A stretch of DNA of 64,000 nucleotides, from NCBI GenBank assembly GCA_963695555.1, contig CAVOGR010000005.1, forward strand, positions 64,001 through 128,000, read 5' to 3'. This document shows, piece by piece, positions 9,433 to 19,604 of this stretch (position 1 is the first letter of the stretch; every line of letters starts with the position of its first letter). Position numbers and translations under genes: made by a program. A model generated the notes under the pieces. The model searched no databases. It had not been told where the DNA came from and saw only the letters and a program-made list of their open reading frames with translations. This stretch comes from an uncultured Gemmatimonadales bacterium (lineage in GTDB: Bacteria; Gemmatimonadota; Gemmatimonadetes; Gemmatimonadales; GWC2-71-9).

Positions 9433-9449
9433 TGGAGAGATACTCCCCA
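9433..9449. promoter_or_regulatory. Candidate upstream activator site for a sigma54 enhancer-binding protein
   Basis: Imperfect palindrome TGGAGA-GATAC-TCCCCA about 150-170 bp upstream of the -24/-12-like element. Confidence 0.35.
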
Positions 9450-9600
9450 CTGGGGTAGAATCGGCCGGTCGAGAACCGGCCCCTGGACGTCCTACCAGCT
9501 CTTCTGCTCGTCCCCACCGCACATCCTAAGTTCATACCCGATCTTGGTTTATCAGCACGAAGTGCATTTCCTTCCTTTGCGTTGGGCCCTGGAGTCCGAC

Positions 9601-9616
9601 TCGCACGGCGATTGCT
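9601..9616 (+). promoter_or_regulatory. Candidate sigma54 (-24/-12) promoter
   Basis: TCGCACG-GCGA-TTGCT versus consensus TGGCACG-N4-TTGCW; the single mismatch hits the normally invariant GG. Confidence 0.45.
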
Positions 9617-9649
9617 CTACCAGGGAGGAGACCAACATGACCGGAGGAT

Positions 9650-9952
9650 ATGGTGCCACCGAACAGCGGGGTAAAAGGCGGTCTCTGTTCGACCTGCGAC
9701 AACGCTCCCACCTGCAGTTATCTGCGCTCGCGCAGATACCCGGTGCTTCAGTGCGAAGAATTTACGGCTTTCACGCCGCCTGACGTCAGGACGCGGCAGC
9801 CCAGTCGGCGCAGGCCCGAAGCGGACAATCCCCACATGTCGCCGGTGAGGCCGAACCACCTCCTCGGCCTCTGCGGCACCTGTGAGGAGTGGGAGACCTG
9901 CACGTACCCACGTTTCGAGGGAGGCGTCTGGCAATGTGAGGAGTATCACTAG
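9650..9952 (+). CDS. Small Cys-rich protein with two GLCxxC-x5-C...CEE(F/Y) repeats
   Basis: GGAGG RBS; GLCSTCDNAPTCSY...VLQCEEF and GLCGTCEEWETCTY...VWQCEEY. Confidence 0.78.
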   Translation: MVPPNSGVKGGLCSTCDNAPTCSYLRSRRYPVLQCEEFTAFTPPDVRTRQPSRRRPEADNPHMSPVRPNHLLGLCGTCEEWETCTYPRFEGGVWQCEEYH

Positions 9953-9994
9953 CTCGACGGCGGCTCGGATCGGAGGACTGAAGGGCGTGACCCG

Positions 9995-10847
9995 ATGACA
10001 ATGCGGATGAACCCGGAAGACGTATTTCAGATCGTCGACCGGCACAACGGGAGTCAGGGCGCACTCATCTCGATTCTCGAAGACGTGCAAGCGTCGTACA
10101 ACTACCTGCCCGAAGCGGCGCTCAGAATCGTTGCGGGGCGAACCGGGCGCTCGCTGGTCGACGTGTATGGGGTCGCGACGTTCTATCGGGGCTTCAGCCT
10201 GCAGCCCAGGGGCAAGCATCTGGTGACCGTATGCATGGGGACCGCGTGCCACGTGCGCGGTGCACGGGGCGCACTCAAGGGGTTCCAACGGCGACTCGGG
10301 GTGGACGCCGGCGGCACCACGAAGGACAGCGAGTTCTCCCTTGCCACGGTCAACTGTCTTGGGGCGTGCGCGCTCGCACCGGTGGCGGTTGTCGACGGGG
10401 AATATTTCCGAAACGTCAAGGAACGGGACGTCCCGGGCGTGCTCGACCGGGCCTCGCGGATCGATAGCGACCTTGCGTTGAGCAGCGACGAGCGGGTCTT
10501 CGGCGTGAGCGTGTCATGTCCCAACTGCAATCGAAGCCTGATGACTCATGAGCACTTGCTCGATGGACATCCGATGGTTCGGGTGACGGCCTCGTTCGGC
10601 CGAAAACACGGCTGGATTCGACTGAGCAGTCTGTACGGCGACTATCGGATCCGGAGTGAGTACGAAATTCCGCAAGGGTGCCATTGTTCACTTCTTCTGT
10701 CCCCGGTGCCACGCGGAGCTAAAGTCGGGGCGGCTCTGCCCTGACTGTGACGCACCCACGATCCTCCTGCTGGTCAGGGGTGGTGGGACGGTCCAGATAT
10801 GCTCGCGCCGCGGCTGCAAGCAACACCTGTTGGATTTGGGCTCGTGA
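9995..10847 (+). CDS. NuoE/HydC-like [2Fe-2S] subunit fused to a Cys-rich C-terminal domain (apparent frameshift ~10677)
   Basis: YNYLPE..L, VYGVATFY, CMGTACHVRG, CLGACALAP; then CPNC...CPRC...CPDC...CSRRGCKQH. Confidence 0.88.
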
Positions 10848-10911
10848 CGTCGCCGCGTTGGCGAAGAGTGGCGGGTGGGACAACCCGGCAACCGACGAGA
10901 CACACCGACTA

Positions 10912-13900
10912 ATGGCCAGACTCAGCACGATCGACGAACTGGAGGAACTGCGGCAGACCATCCGAGACGGTGAGGAGCGGCTTGGGCCGCGCATCACTGT
11001 CTGCGCGGGAACAGCGTGCCAAGCGAGCGGTGCGAACGACGTTCAACGCATCATCAAACGACACCTCATCGAGCACGATCTCGTTGATCGGGTTGCCCTG
11101 CGCATCACAGGGTGTCATGGGTTCTGCGAAATGGGCCCCTTCGTCGTGGCAGAGCCTCGGGCAGCCTTCTATCCCAAGATCCACACGGGCGATGTCGCCG
11201 CCATCGTCGATGCAGCACTCGCCGGCGAATGTGTCGAATCTTTGCTTTACCGAAACCCCTCGACGGGTGAACGCCTGCCGGTGTCTCGACGAGATCCCGT
11301 TCTTCGCCAAGCAGAAGCGCGTGCTCTTGGCGAGAAACCAAGCGGTCGATCCCATCCGGTTGTTCGACTACATCGCCCGTGGCGGCTATGAGGCGCTGGT
11401 CAAAGCCCTGACGGAGTACACCCCTGAGGGCATCATCGACCAAGTCCGGCGCTCCGGTCTGCGGGGCCGGGGGGGGCGGGGTTCCCCACGGCCGAGAAGT
11501 GGGAGGCAGCCCGCCAACGAGACGGTACCGACGGCAAGTATGTGGTGTGCAATGCGGACGAGGGCGATCCCGGTGCCTACATGGATCGCAGCATTCTCGA
11601 GGGCAATCCCCACTCCGTGATCGAAGGCATGATCATCGGCGGCCTGGCCATGGGCGCGACCGAGGGATTCGTCTTCGTGCGACACGAGTACCCCCTGGCC
11701 ATCAAGCACCTGCTCATCGCGCTCAGGTTGGCACGGGAATTCGGATTACTCGGTGAGCACATCCTGGGCACCGGGCTCGACTTCGACATCAACATCGTCA
11801 AGAGCGCCGGTGCATTCGTGTGTGGTGAAGAGACTGCCCTCATCCGCACCATCGAAGGTGCCGTGGGCGAGCCACGGCAGCGACCGCCGTTCCCAACCGA
11901 TAAAGGCATCAACGGCAGACCCACCTGCATCAACAACGTGGAGACATGGGCCAACGTGCCCATCATCATGACCCAGGGCGGCGACGCCTACGCGCGGGTC
12001 GGAACCCCGACCAGCACCGGCACGAAGGTCTTCTCGGTCGTCGGGAAGATCAGAAACACGGGCCTGGTCGAGGTACCGATGGGAACCTCGATACGGGAGA
12101 TCGTCTACGACATCGGCGGCGGACCGCCGGACGGTGGCCGGATCAAGGCGGTCCAGATCGGTGGACCGTCCGGCGGATGCATTCCGCATTGGCGCTTCGA
12201 TCTCCCGATCGACTACGACAGCCTGAAGCAGGTCGGCGCCATCATGGGGTCGGGTGGCATGATCGTGATGGACGAGAGCACCTGCATGGTGGACGTGGCC
12301 AAGTACTTCATGGGCTTTCTCAAGGACGAGTCGTGCGGCAAGTGCTACCCGTGCCGCAAGGGCACCCAGCGGATGTGGGAAATCCTCGATGACATCACAC
12401 AAGGGAAGGGTACAGTCGCGCACCTGGACCTCCTCGAGGAGCTCGGCCAGACCGTGGCCGATGCGAGCATGTGCGGGCTGGGCCAATCGGCCGCCAACCC
12501 GGTCCGCAGCACGCTGCGGTACTTCCGGGGCGAGTACGAGCGGCACGTGATCGACGGCGTGTGCGACGCCCATGTCTGCAAAGGGCTCACGGGCGCACCA
12601 TGCCAATCGGCCTGTCCAGTCGGCACGGAGGCGTGGCGCTACGCGGCGCTCATCGCGCAGGGCGAGTACGAGGAGGCGTATCGAGTCATTCGGAAGTCGA
12701 ATCCGTTCCCCTCCGTGTGCGCCCGGGTGTGTGACCACAAGTGCGAGCAGCATTGCCGGCTCGGGACCACGGGACAGGATCCCGTCGCGCTCCGGGCCCT
12801 CAAGCGGTTCATTACCGATCGCGTCGATCCGACCACGTACCAGCCCGAGCGGCACACCGCCGCCGCCGTGCCGGGCAAGAAGATCGCGATCGTTGGGGCC
12901 GGCCCCGCGGGCCTGACTGCGGCGCACAACCTCTCGCTCAGAGGCTACCGGTCAACCGTCTTCGAGGCTGCGGACCATCCGGGAGGCATGCTCGTGCAGG
13001 GCATCCCCAGCTTCCGCCTGCCGCGGGAGGTCGTGCAACAGGAAATCGACGCGCTGATCGATGAGAACATTACGCTGCGTTGCGGCATGGCGTTGGGCCG
13101 GGGCTTCACGGTCGACAGTCTGTTCGAGGATGGCTACGACGCGGTATTCCTGGCCCTGGGTGCCCACGAGAGTTGGCGCATGAATATCCCGGGCGAGGAT
13201 CTGGCCGGCGTCCACGCCTCCATGGAGTTCCTGAAAGCCTGGAATATGCGCGGCGAATCCGTCGCGCACGGCAGGGTCGGAGTCATCGGTGGGGGCAACT
13301 CGGCTATCGATGCCGCTCGCGTGGCTCGGCGTCAGGAAGCAGTATCCGAGGTCACCATCTTCTACCGCCGCACCCGCATGGAAATGCCCGCCTTCGCCGA
13401 GGAAATCGATGGAGCCCTCGAGGAAGGCGTCCAGCTGGAGTTGTTGGTGTCGCCCGTGGCCCTGGTCGGCGAGGACGGACACCTGACAGCGGCCGAGTTC
13501 GTCGTCAACGAGCTGGGTGAGATAGACAAGAGCGGGCGGCGCACGCCGACCGCCAAGCCTGGATCCGAATACCGCGTGCCGCTGGACACCCTGATCGTCG
13601 CCATCAGTGAAGCGGCGAGCGATGTCGGAGCCGGGCACATCTCCGGCCTCGAGTTGAGAGATGGCATGGTGGCGGTCGATCGACGCACCCTTTGCACCGG
13701 ACGGCCCGGGCTCTTCGCCGGTGGTGATGTAGCCTCGGGGCCAAACACAGTCATTGATGCCATCGCGGCCGGAAGACGGGCCGCCGACGTCATCGAGCGG
13801 TATCTCCAGGGACGAGACCTGGTGGCGCCCGCCGAGCCCCGCCTGCCGACGGTCTACGTCGCACCGATGGTCGACCAGCCGGAAGACAGCGGCGCGCGCG

Positions 13901-14084
13901 AAGGGTTCTTGTGCCGGTTCGATCCCCGGAACAGCGTCGGCACTCGTTCGTCGAAGTCGAGGAAACGCTGACACCCGAGGATGCCATCCGGGAGGCCAGG
14001 CGGTGCCTGCGGTGCGACCTGGAGTTCACGAGCTGCCCGGAGGCTGAAGAGGCCTTCCGAGGGCCTGGCAGAAGCCATCGATGA
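10912..14084 (+). CDS. NuoF/HydB-like NADH/FMN subunit fused to a GltD/NfnB-like FAD-NAD(P)H module (apparent frameshifts ~11280, ~11480, ~13900)
   Basis: [67 protein letters not shown]; then [53 protein letters not shown]. Confidence 0.9.
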
Positions 14085-14812
14085 TTACGCTGACCATCAA
14101 CGCGGTGACCGCGCACGTGGAGGGCGGGACGACGCTGCTCGAGGCGGCGCAGTTCCTGGGGTTCCCGATCCCGACGCTGTGCCACATGGAAGGGCTGTCG
14201 CCCTACGGGGCGTGTCGCCTGTGCGTCGTGGAGATTGGCGAGGGAGCCAAGTCGAGATTGGTCAGCGCCTGCACCTACCCCGCCGAGGAGGGACTCGCGG
14301 TTCGCACCGCCTCGTCACGGGTGGTGAGAACCAGGAAGATGATTCTCGAGCTGTTGCTGGCATCCTGCCCGCAGTCGAAAACGATTCAGGATCTTGCGGC
14401 AGCTCACGATGTGCGACAGCAGCGGTTCCGACAGGAATACGAAGACTGCATCCTGTGCGGGCGCTGCGTCCGGATGTGCGAGGAGCAGATGATGGCCAAG
14501 GCCATCGGTTTTCGCGGACGGGGCGAGCAGCGCAGCATTGGCACCCCGTTTGACGCCAAGTCCGACGTCTGCCGGTTGTGCGGCGGCTGCCTCTACGTGT
14601 GCCCGGTTTGTGAACTGCGGTGTACCTACGCGGAGCCGGAGAAGGCGATCTGTGGCGGCTGCGCCAATCTGAGTCCTCCGTGCCTCGATGGGCACGAGTT
14701 TGATGACATGATGTGCTATATGAATCCCTGCGCCGCCTGTGAGATCGTGCACCGCCAAGGGGCGGACAAAACGTCTAAGGAGACCGGCGATGTCGCTGTC
14801 CAGAGTGAATAG
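14081..14812 (+). CDS. NuoG/HydA N-terminal-like FeS subunit ([2Fe-2S] + 2[4Fe-4S]) with Cys-rich tail, no catalytic domain
   Basis: IPTLCH...GACRLCVVE...SAC; CILCGRCVRMC; CRLCGGCLYVCP; tail CGGC...PPC...MMC...PCAAC. Confidence 0.88.
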   Translation: MITLTINAVTAHVEGGTTLLEAAQFLGFPIPTLCHMEGLSPYGACRLCVVEIGEGAKSRLVSACTYPAEEGLAVRTASSRVVRTRKMILELLLASCPQSKTIQDLAAAHDVRQQRFRQEYEDCILCGRCVRMCEEQMMAKAIGFRGRGEQRSIGTPFDAKSDVCRLCGGCLYVCPVCELRCTYAEPEKAICGGCANLSPPCLDGHEFDDMMCYMNPCAACEIVHRQGADKTSKETGDVAVQSE

Positions 14813-16373
14813 GTCAGCAGCAACCCTCACCAAGAACCGAACGGACGGTTCGGTGTCCCCCATCTCGGGGATGTGCGTCACTTGCGTCGATGGTTGCATC
14901 GGTATGTGCGAGATCGGCAAGTCTGCCTTCCGCGGCCACGAAGTGATCTACCCGCAACCGTTCGGCGTCATTACCACCGCGTCCGAGAAGGACTACCCCG
15001 TCGATTACTCGCACATCAACATCATGGGCGGTGTGGTGGGAGCGCAGGGCATCGAGGCCGACAGTGACCTGGCCGTGTTTCCCAATGTGAATCTCGAGGT
15101 GCGGTTCGGCCACGACCAGGGGCTCAAGTTTCGGTATCCCTGGATCATCCCGGGCATCGGATCTACCGACGTGGCCAAGAACAACTGGGAGGGTCTGGCT
15201 ATCGGCTCGGCCCTGGCCGGAACGGGACTGACGATTGGTGAGAACGTCACAGGGATGGACCCTGCCTCGGTGATCGAGGGCGGACACGTCGTCGACACCG
15301 CGGACCTCAAGCGGCGCGTCAAGCTGTACCAGGAGCATCAGCGGGACGGCTACGGCGCCATCGTGGTGCAGACCAATGTCGAGGGCACGCGTCTGGGTGA
15401 GCACGAGTACGCGATCAACACCCTCGGGGTCGAATGCGTCGAGATCAAGTGGGGGCAGGGTGCCAAGAATATCGGCGGGGAAGTCAAAATCAAGGATCTC
15501 AAGAAGGCCCAGATGCTGCATGAGCGCGGCTACATCGTCCTTCCCAATCCCACGGACCCCGCGATCATCAAGGCGTTCAAGGCCGGCGCGTTCAAGGAAT
15601 TCGAGCGGCACTCTCGCGTCGGCATGGTAACCGAAGAGGCATTTGCGGAGCGAGTCGCATACCTGCGCCGCTTGGGCGCCAAGTACGTCTTCCTCAAGAC
15701 CGGTGCCTATCGGCCCGCGGCGCTGGCGCAGGCCCTGGCGTACGGGTCCAGGTACGGAATCGACCTCGTGACGGTGGACGGAGCCGGCGGTGGCACGGGC
15801 ATGAGTCCCTGGCGGATGATGAACGAATGGGGTGTCCCGGTGGTCGAACTCCACTCACTGCTCCACCAGTATGCTGCGCGCCTGGCCGCCAAGGGCCAAC
15901 CAGTCCCGGCACTGGCGCTGGCCGGCGGTTTCACCTTCGAGGACCAGATCTTCAAGGGCCTGGCTCTCGGGGCACCGTTCGTGAAGCTGATCGGCATGGC
16001 GAGGAGCCCTCTGGCGGCGGCCATGGTGGGGAAGACCATCGGGAAGGCCATCGATGCGGGGCAGATCCCCGTATACGTAGAGCGTTTTGGCCGCACCACT
16101 GATGAGATCTTTGTCACCGCTCACACGCTACGCGACGAGTTGGGTGACGATGAATTCGAGAGGCTCCCGACCGGCGCCATCGGTCTCTACACCTACTATG
16201 AGAGACTGGCCCAGGGCCTCCGGCAGCTCCTGGCGGGCAGCCGGAAGTTCTCGCTCGACCACATGTCCCGGGACGATCTGGCCGCGCTCACGCCGTTGGC
16301 CGCACAGGTCACCGGTCTGCCTTATGTCATGGATGTGGACATGGGGCAGGTCGACGCCATCCTGGGCGTGTAG
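14790..16373 (+). CDS. Stand-alone FMN-binding glutamate synthase family protein
   Basis: AAGGAG RBS; N-terminal CVTCVDGCIGMC; EIKWGQGAKNIGGE, LKTG, TVDGAGGGTGMSP, AGG...FKGLALGA. Confidence 0.85.
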   Translation: MSLSRVNRSAATLTKNRTDGSVSPISGMCVTCVDGCIGMCEIGKSAFRGHEVIYPQPFGVITTASEKDYPVDYSHINIMGGVVGAQGIEADSDLAVFPNVNLEVRFGHDQGLKFRYPWIIPGIGSTDVAKNNWEGLAIGSALAGTGLTIGENVTGMDPASVIEGGHVVDTADLKRRVKLYQEHQRDGYGAIVVQTNVEGTRLGEHEYAINTLGVECVEIKWGQGAKNIGGEVKIKDLKKAQMLHERGYIVLPNPTDPAIIKAFKAGAFKEFERHSRVGMVTEEAFAERVAYLRRLGAKYVFLKTGAYRPAALAQALAYGSRYGIDLVTVDGAGGGTGMSPWRMMNEWGVPVVELHSLLHQYAARLAAKGQPVPALALAGGFTFEDQIFKGLALGAPFVKLIGMARSPLAAAMVGKTIGKAIDAGQIPVYVERFGRTTDEIFVTAHTLRDELGDDEFERLPTGAIGLYTYYERLAQGLRQLLAGSRKFSLDHMSRDDLAALTPLAAQVTGLPYVMDVDMGQVDAILGV

Positions 16374-16556
16374 CCGGCAGGCGTCTCGTGTTGGAGCCGT
16401 TCCTCGGTGCCCAAGGATCGACTACGTTTGTCGTCAGCCGAGCGACGGTGGGCCGGCCAGAGTGCAGGTGCGGACAGCGAGACTCCGTGATCCCTGGCCG
16501 ACATCCATCGATTAACGCCCAGGCTGGGCACCGAGCCGAGATGGAGCAGGGGGGAC

Positions 16557-18267
16557 ATGCAGACGACCGGGCGGCCTTTGAGGAGTTTCGAACTCTCGCG
16601 CCGGATAGTGAATCTGGCGAATCAGGCGATCCCGCGAGTCGAGTTCTTGAAGGGTCTGTCGGACCTCCTGCTGCAGTACTCGGATTGCGACGGGCTCGAG
16701 ATCCGGGTCCACGGCCAGGTGGAGTATCGGGCGCGGGCGACCGCCAGGCCCGAGCGATCATTTCGCTTCGAACCCTCCAGCGCTGACGGACCGAGGGATG
16801 ACCCAGAGCCGCTCGTCGAGATCGACCGATCCGACCTCGGGCGGCTCGTGCGGGACGAACTCGAAGGGAAGCTGGCTCTCCCGTCGCAGTGCTTTACGCC
16901 GTACGGCAGTTTCTGGACCGGGGATATGGCTGAGACGGTGGGACCGTACTCGTCTCGGCAATCCGCCGAATCAGGCAGCTCCCGCATCGCCTCAATGGCG
17001 CTCGTTCCCTTCGTCATCGATGACAACAACTTCGGCATCCTGCAGCTTGAATGTGCGCAGCGGCATGCGTTTGCCCACGACACGATTGAGCTGTACGAGG
17101 CCCTGGTGGAGACAGTCGGGTTCGCGATCGCTGAGCGGCGGGCACGAGCCGGCACTGAGGGAGCGCGTCAAGGAGCTGACGTGCCTCTACCGCATCGCGC
17201 GGGTGATCGAGGAAAGCGGAGACAGTCCGGAGGCAGCCCTCAGTCGGATCGTCGAGGCGCTGCCGGCCGCGTGGCAGTATCCCGAGTTGGCGGTGGCTCG
17301 AATTGTCCTCGACGAATCGGAGCACGTGACGGGCGACATCGAGGCGACCTACGTGCGGCAGGTTGCGAACATCGTCGTGAACGGAGCCTGTCGTGGGACG
17401 ATCGAGGTCGGATACGTCCAGGAGGTACCATACGGCGTGAGCGAGCCCTTCCTGCAAGAAGAAGAGCACCTGATCAACGCCGTCGCGAGGGAGATCGAGG
17501 AGTTCGTCAAGCGCCGCCAAGCCTCCGCGGAACGATTACTGTTGGAGCAGCAACTTCGTCACGCCGACCGATTGGCCACCATCGGCCACTTGGCCGCGGG
17601 CGTCGCGCACGAAATCAACGAGCCGCTCGGCGGCATTCTGGGATTTGCACAGCTAGCCCGAAAGGGCTCCGCGGTGACGGAGAGCACCGCGAACGACCTG
17701 GATAGGATCATTGCCTCCTGTCTCCAGGCTCGGGAGATCGTCAACAAGTTGAAGCTCTTTGCCCGACAAGCGCCCATCCAAAAGACGAGGGTGTCGCTCG
17801 CCGACATCGTCCAGGATGCCTGCTCGTTGGTGAGGGGTCGGTGTGCGACTCAGGGCATCGATATCGTGACCGACTTCGATGCTGAGTTACCCACCGTGCC
17901 CGCGGATCCACTTCAACTCAAGCAAGTACTCGTTAACCTGGCTGTAAACGCGGTGCAGGCGATGCCGGGCGGGGGCGTGCTGACGGTCGCAACGCGCCTG
18001 GACGGCCACACAGCCGTCATCGGGGTCCAGGATACCGGCGTCGGGATGGCCGAGGACATCCTGGCGAAGATCTTCAGTCCGTTCTTCACGACCAAGGACG
18101 TTGGCGAAGGGACCGGCCTGGGTCTGTCTGTGGTACATGGAATCGTCACGGCACATGGCGGCACAATCGACGTTGTGAGTAAGAGTGGCAACGGTGCCAA
18201 GTTCGTTGTGCGACTGCCACTCTCGGCCACACCGGGGGGCCGGGTGGGTCAGGAGACCAAGCCGTGA
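16557..18267 (+). CDS. Cytoplasmic sensor histidine kinase with GAF-like input domains (apparent frameshift ~17147)
   Basis: LRERVKELTCLY linker; H box LAAGVAHEINEPL; QVLVNLAVNAVQAM; DTGVGM; FSPFFTTK; GTGLGL; no clear TM helix. Confidence 0.9.
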
Positions 18268-19604
18268 GCGGCCAGAAGGAACGGATCCTGGTCGTCGATG
18301 ATTCACCCGACGCACGGGAGGTGCTCAGCCGCAACCTGATAGCGGAAGGCTATCACGTGATGACCGCGCCCGGCGTGGCGGAAGCCACCGGGATTCTCGA
18401 GGCGACACCCGTGGACCTCGTCATCACCGATCTCAAGATGCCCAAGGTCGGCGGGATTGACCTGATCCGGCACGTGCGGGCACGGTTCAAAGAAGTTGGG
18501 GTCATCATGATCACCGGCTATGCCTCCATCGAAACGGCCGTGACGGCGGTAAAGGAGGGAGCCGAGGACTATCTCGCCAAGCCGTTCACCGACTCCGAAC
18601 TCCTTGCCGCGGTGCGCGATGCTCTTCAGAAGGCACGCTTTCGACGCGCAGCGAACTCCTACGGCGGAACGGCACCAATCCATGCTGTTGGGCTGGTCGG
18701 CGAATCCGAGGCGATGCAACGGGTCTATGATGCACTGGTGAAGGCCGCGTCTACGCCATCGACTGTGCTCATCACCGGCGAGAGTGGCACCGGGAAGGAG
18801 CTGGTGGCCAGAGGGATTCACTACCACGGATCACGGGCTCGGGCGCCCTTTGTGCCCATCAACTGCGGCGGTATACCGGAAGGTTTGGTGGAGAGCGAGC
18901 TGTTTGGTCACGTCAGAGGCGCGTTTACCGGGGCCACAACCTCGCGGGCCGGCTTCTTCCAGGCGGCGGACGGCGGCACAGTCTTCCTGGACGAGATCAG
19001 TGAGACCAGCCTGGCCATGCAAGTCAAGCTCCTTCGAGTGCTTCAGGACAAGGAGATCCGTATGGTCGGTGGCACTCAGCAACTGAAGGTCGACGTGCGC
19101 GTCATCGCCGCCACCAACAAGAACCTGCTCGACCTGGTTCGCAGACAGTTGTTCCGTGAGGACCTGTATTTCCGAGTCAACGTGATCCCGATCGACGTTC
19201 CGCCCCTGAGGGACCGGGACGACGACGCCATCCTCCTCGCGCGACACTTCGTCCTCAAGTACTCCGACGAGTTGGGCAGGGCACCACCGCAGTTCTCTGA
19301 CGGCGTCCTGGATGCGTTCCGTCACTATCACTGGCCGGGAAACGTGCGCGAATTGGAAAACGTGATTCACCGGCTCCTGGTCTTGAGCGAAGGCGGTGTC
19401 GTAGATATCCCCGACTTGCCGGCAGTGATGCGCTACTCGGTCGGGAGCGGCGTCGGCCGGAACTGCACGCTGGCCGAAATCGAGGCCGAGCACGTGCGTA
19501 ATGTCCTGGCAAGCGTGGACGGCAACAAGACGCGAGCCGCTGAGATTCTCGGCATTGATCGCAAGACATTGCGAGAGAAGCTGAAGCGCACTTCGATGGG
19601 CTGA
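18264..19604 (+). CDS. Sigma54-dependent response regulator (NtrC/AtoC family)
   Basis: REC (ILVVDD...TDLKMP), [36 protein letters not shown], Fis-type HTH. Confidence 0.95.
   Translation: MSGQKERILVVDDSPDAREVLSRNLIAEGYHVMTAPGVAEATGILEATPVDLVITDLKMPKVGGIDLIRHVRARFKEVGVIMITGYASIETAVTAVKEGAEDYLAKPFTDSELLAAVRDALQKARFRRAANSYGGTAPIHAVGLVGESEAMQRVYDALVKAASTPSTVLITGESGTGKELVARGIHYHGSRARAPFVPINCGGIPEGLVESELFGHVRGAFTGATTSRAGFFQAADGGTVFLDEISETSLAMQVKLLRVLQDKEIRMVGGTQQLKVDVRVIAATNKNLLDLVRRQLFREDLYFRVNVIPIDVPPLRDRDDDAILLARHFVLKYSDELGRAPPQFSDGVLDAFRHYHWPGNVRELENVIHRLLVLSEGGVVDIPDLPAVMRYSVGSGVGRNCTLAEIEAEHVRNVLASVDGNKTRAAEILGIDRKTLREKLKRTSMG

Noticed and set aside
9995..14812. Respiratory complex I (nuoEFG) or a hydrogenase/formate dehydrogenase operon
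   Set aside because: No membrane or NuoBCD subunits and no H-cluster, NiFe or molybdopterin catalytic domain in the operon
900..17160. Programmed frameshifting or true pseudogenisation in recN, NuoE/F-like and kinase genes
   Set aside because: Lesions are isolated single-base shifts, some in G/C runs, with motifs intact on both sides; no slippery heptamer seen; best explained as sequencing error
9161..18267. bldA-like TTA-codon control of island genes by tRNA-Leu(TAA)
   Set aside because: TTA codons occur in the kinase but also in housekeeping recN and aroA; no specific enrichment is evident
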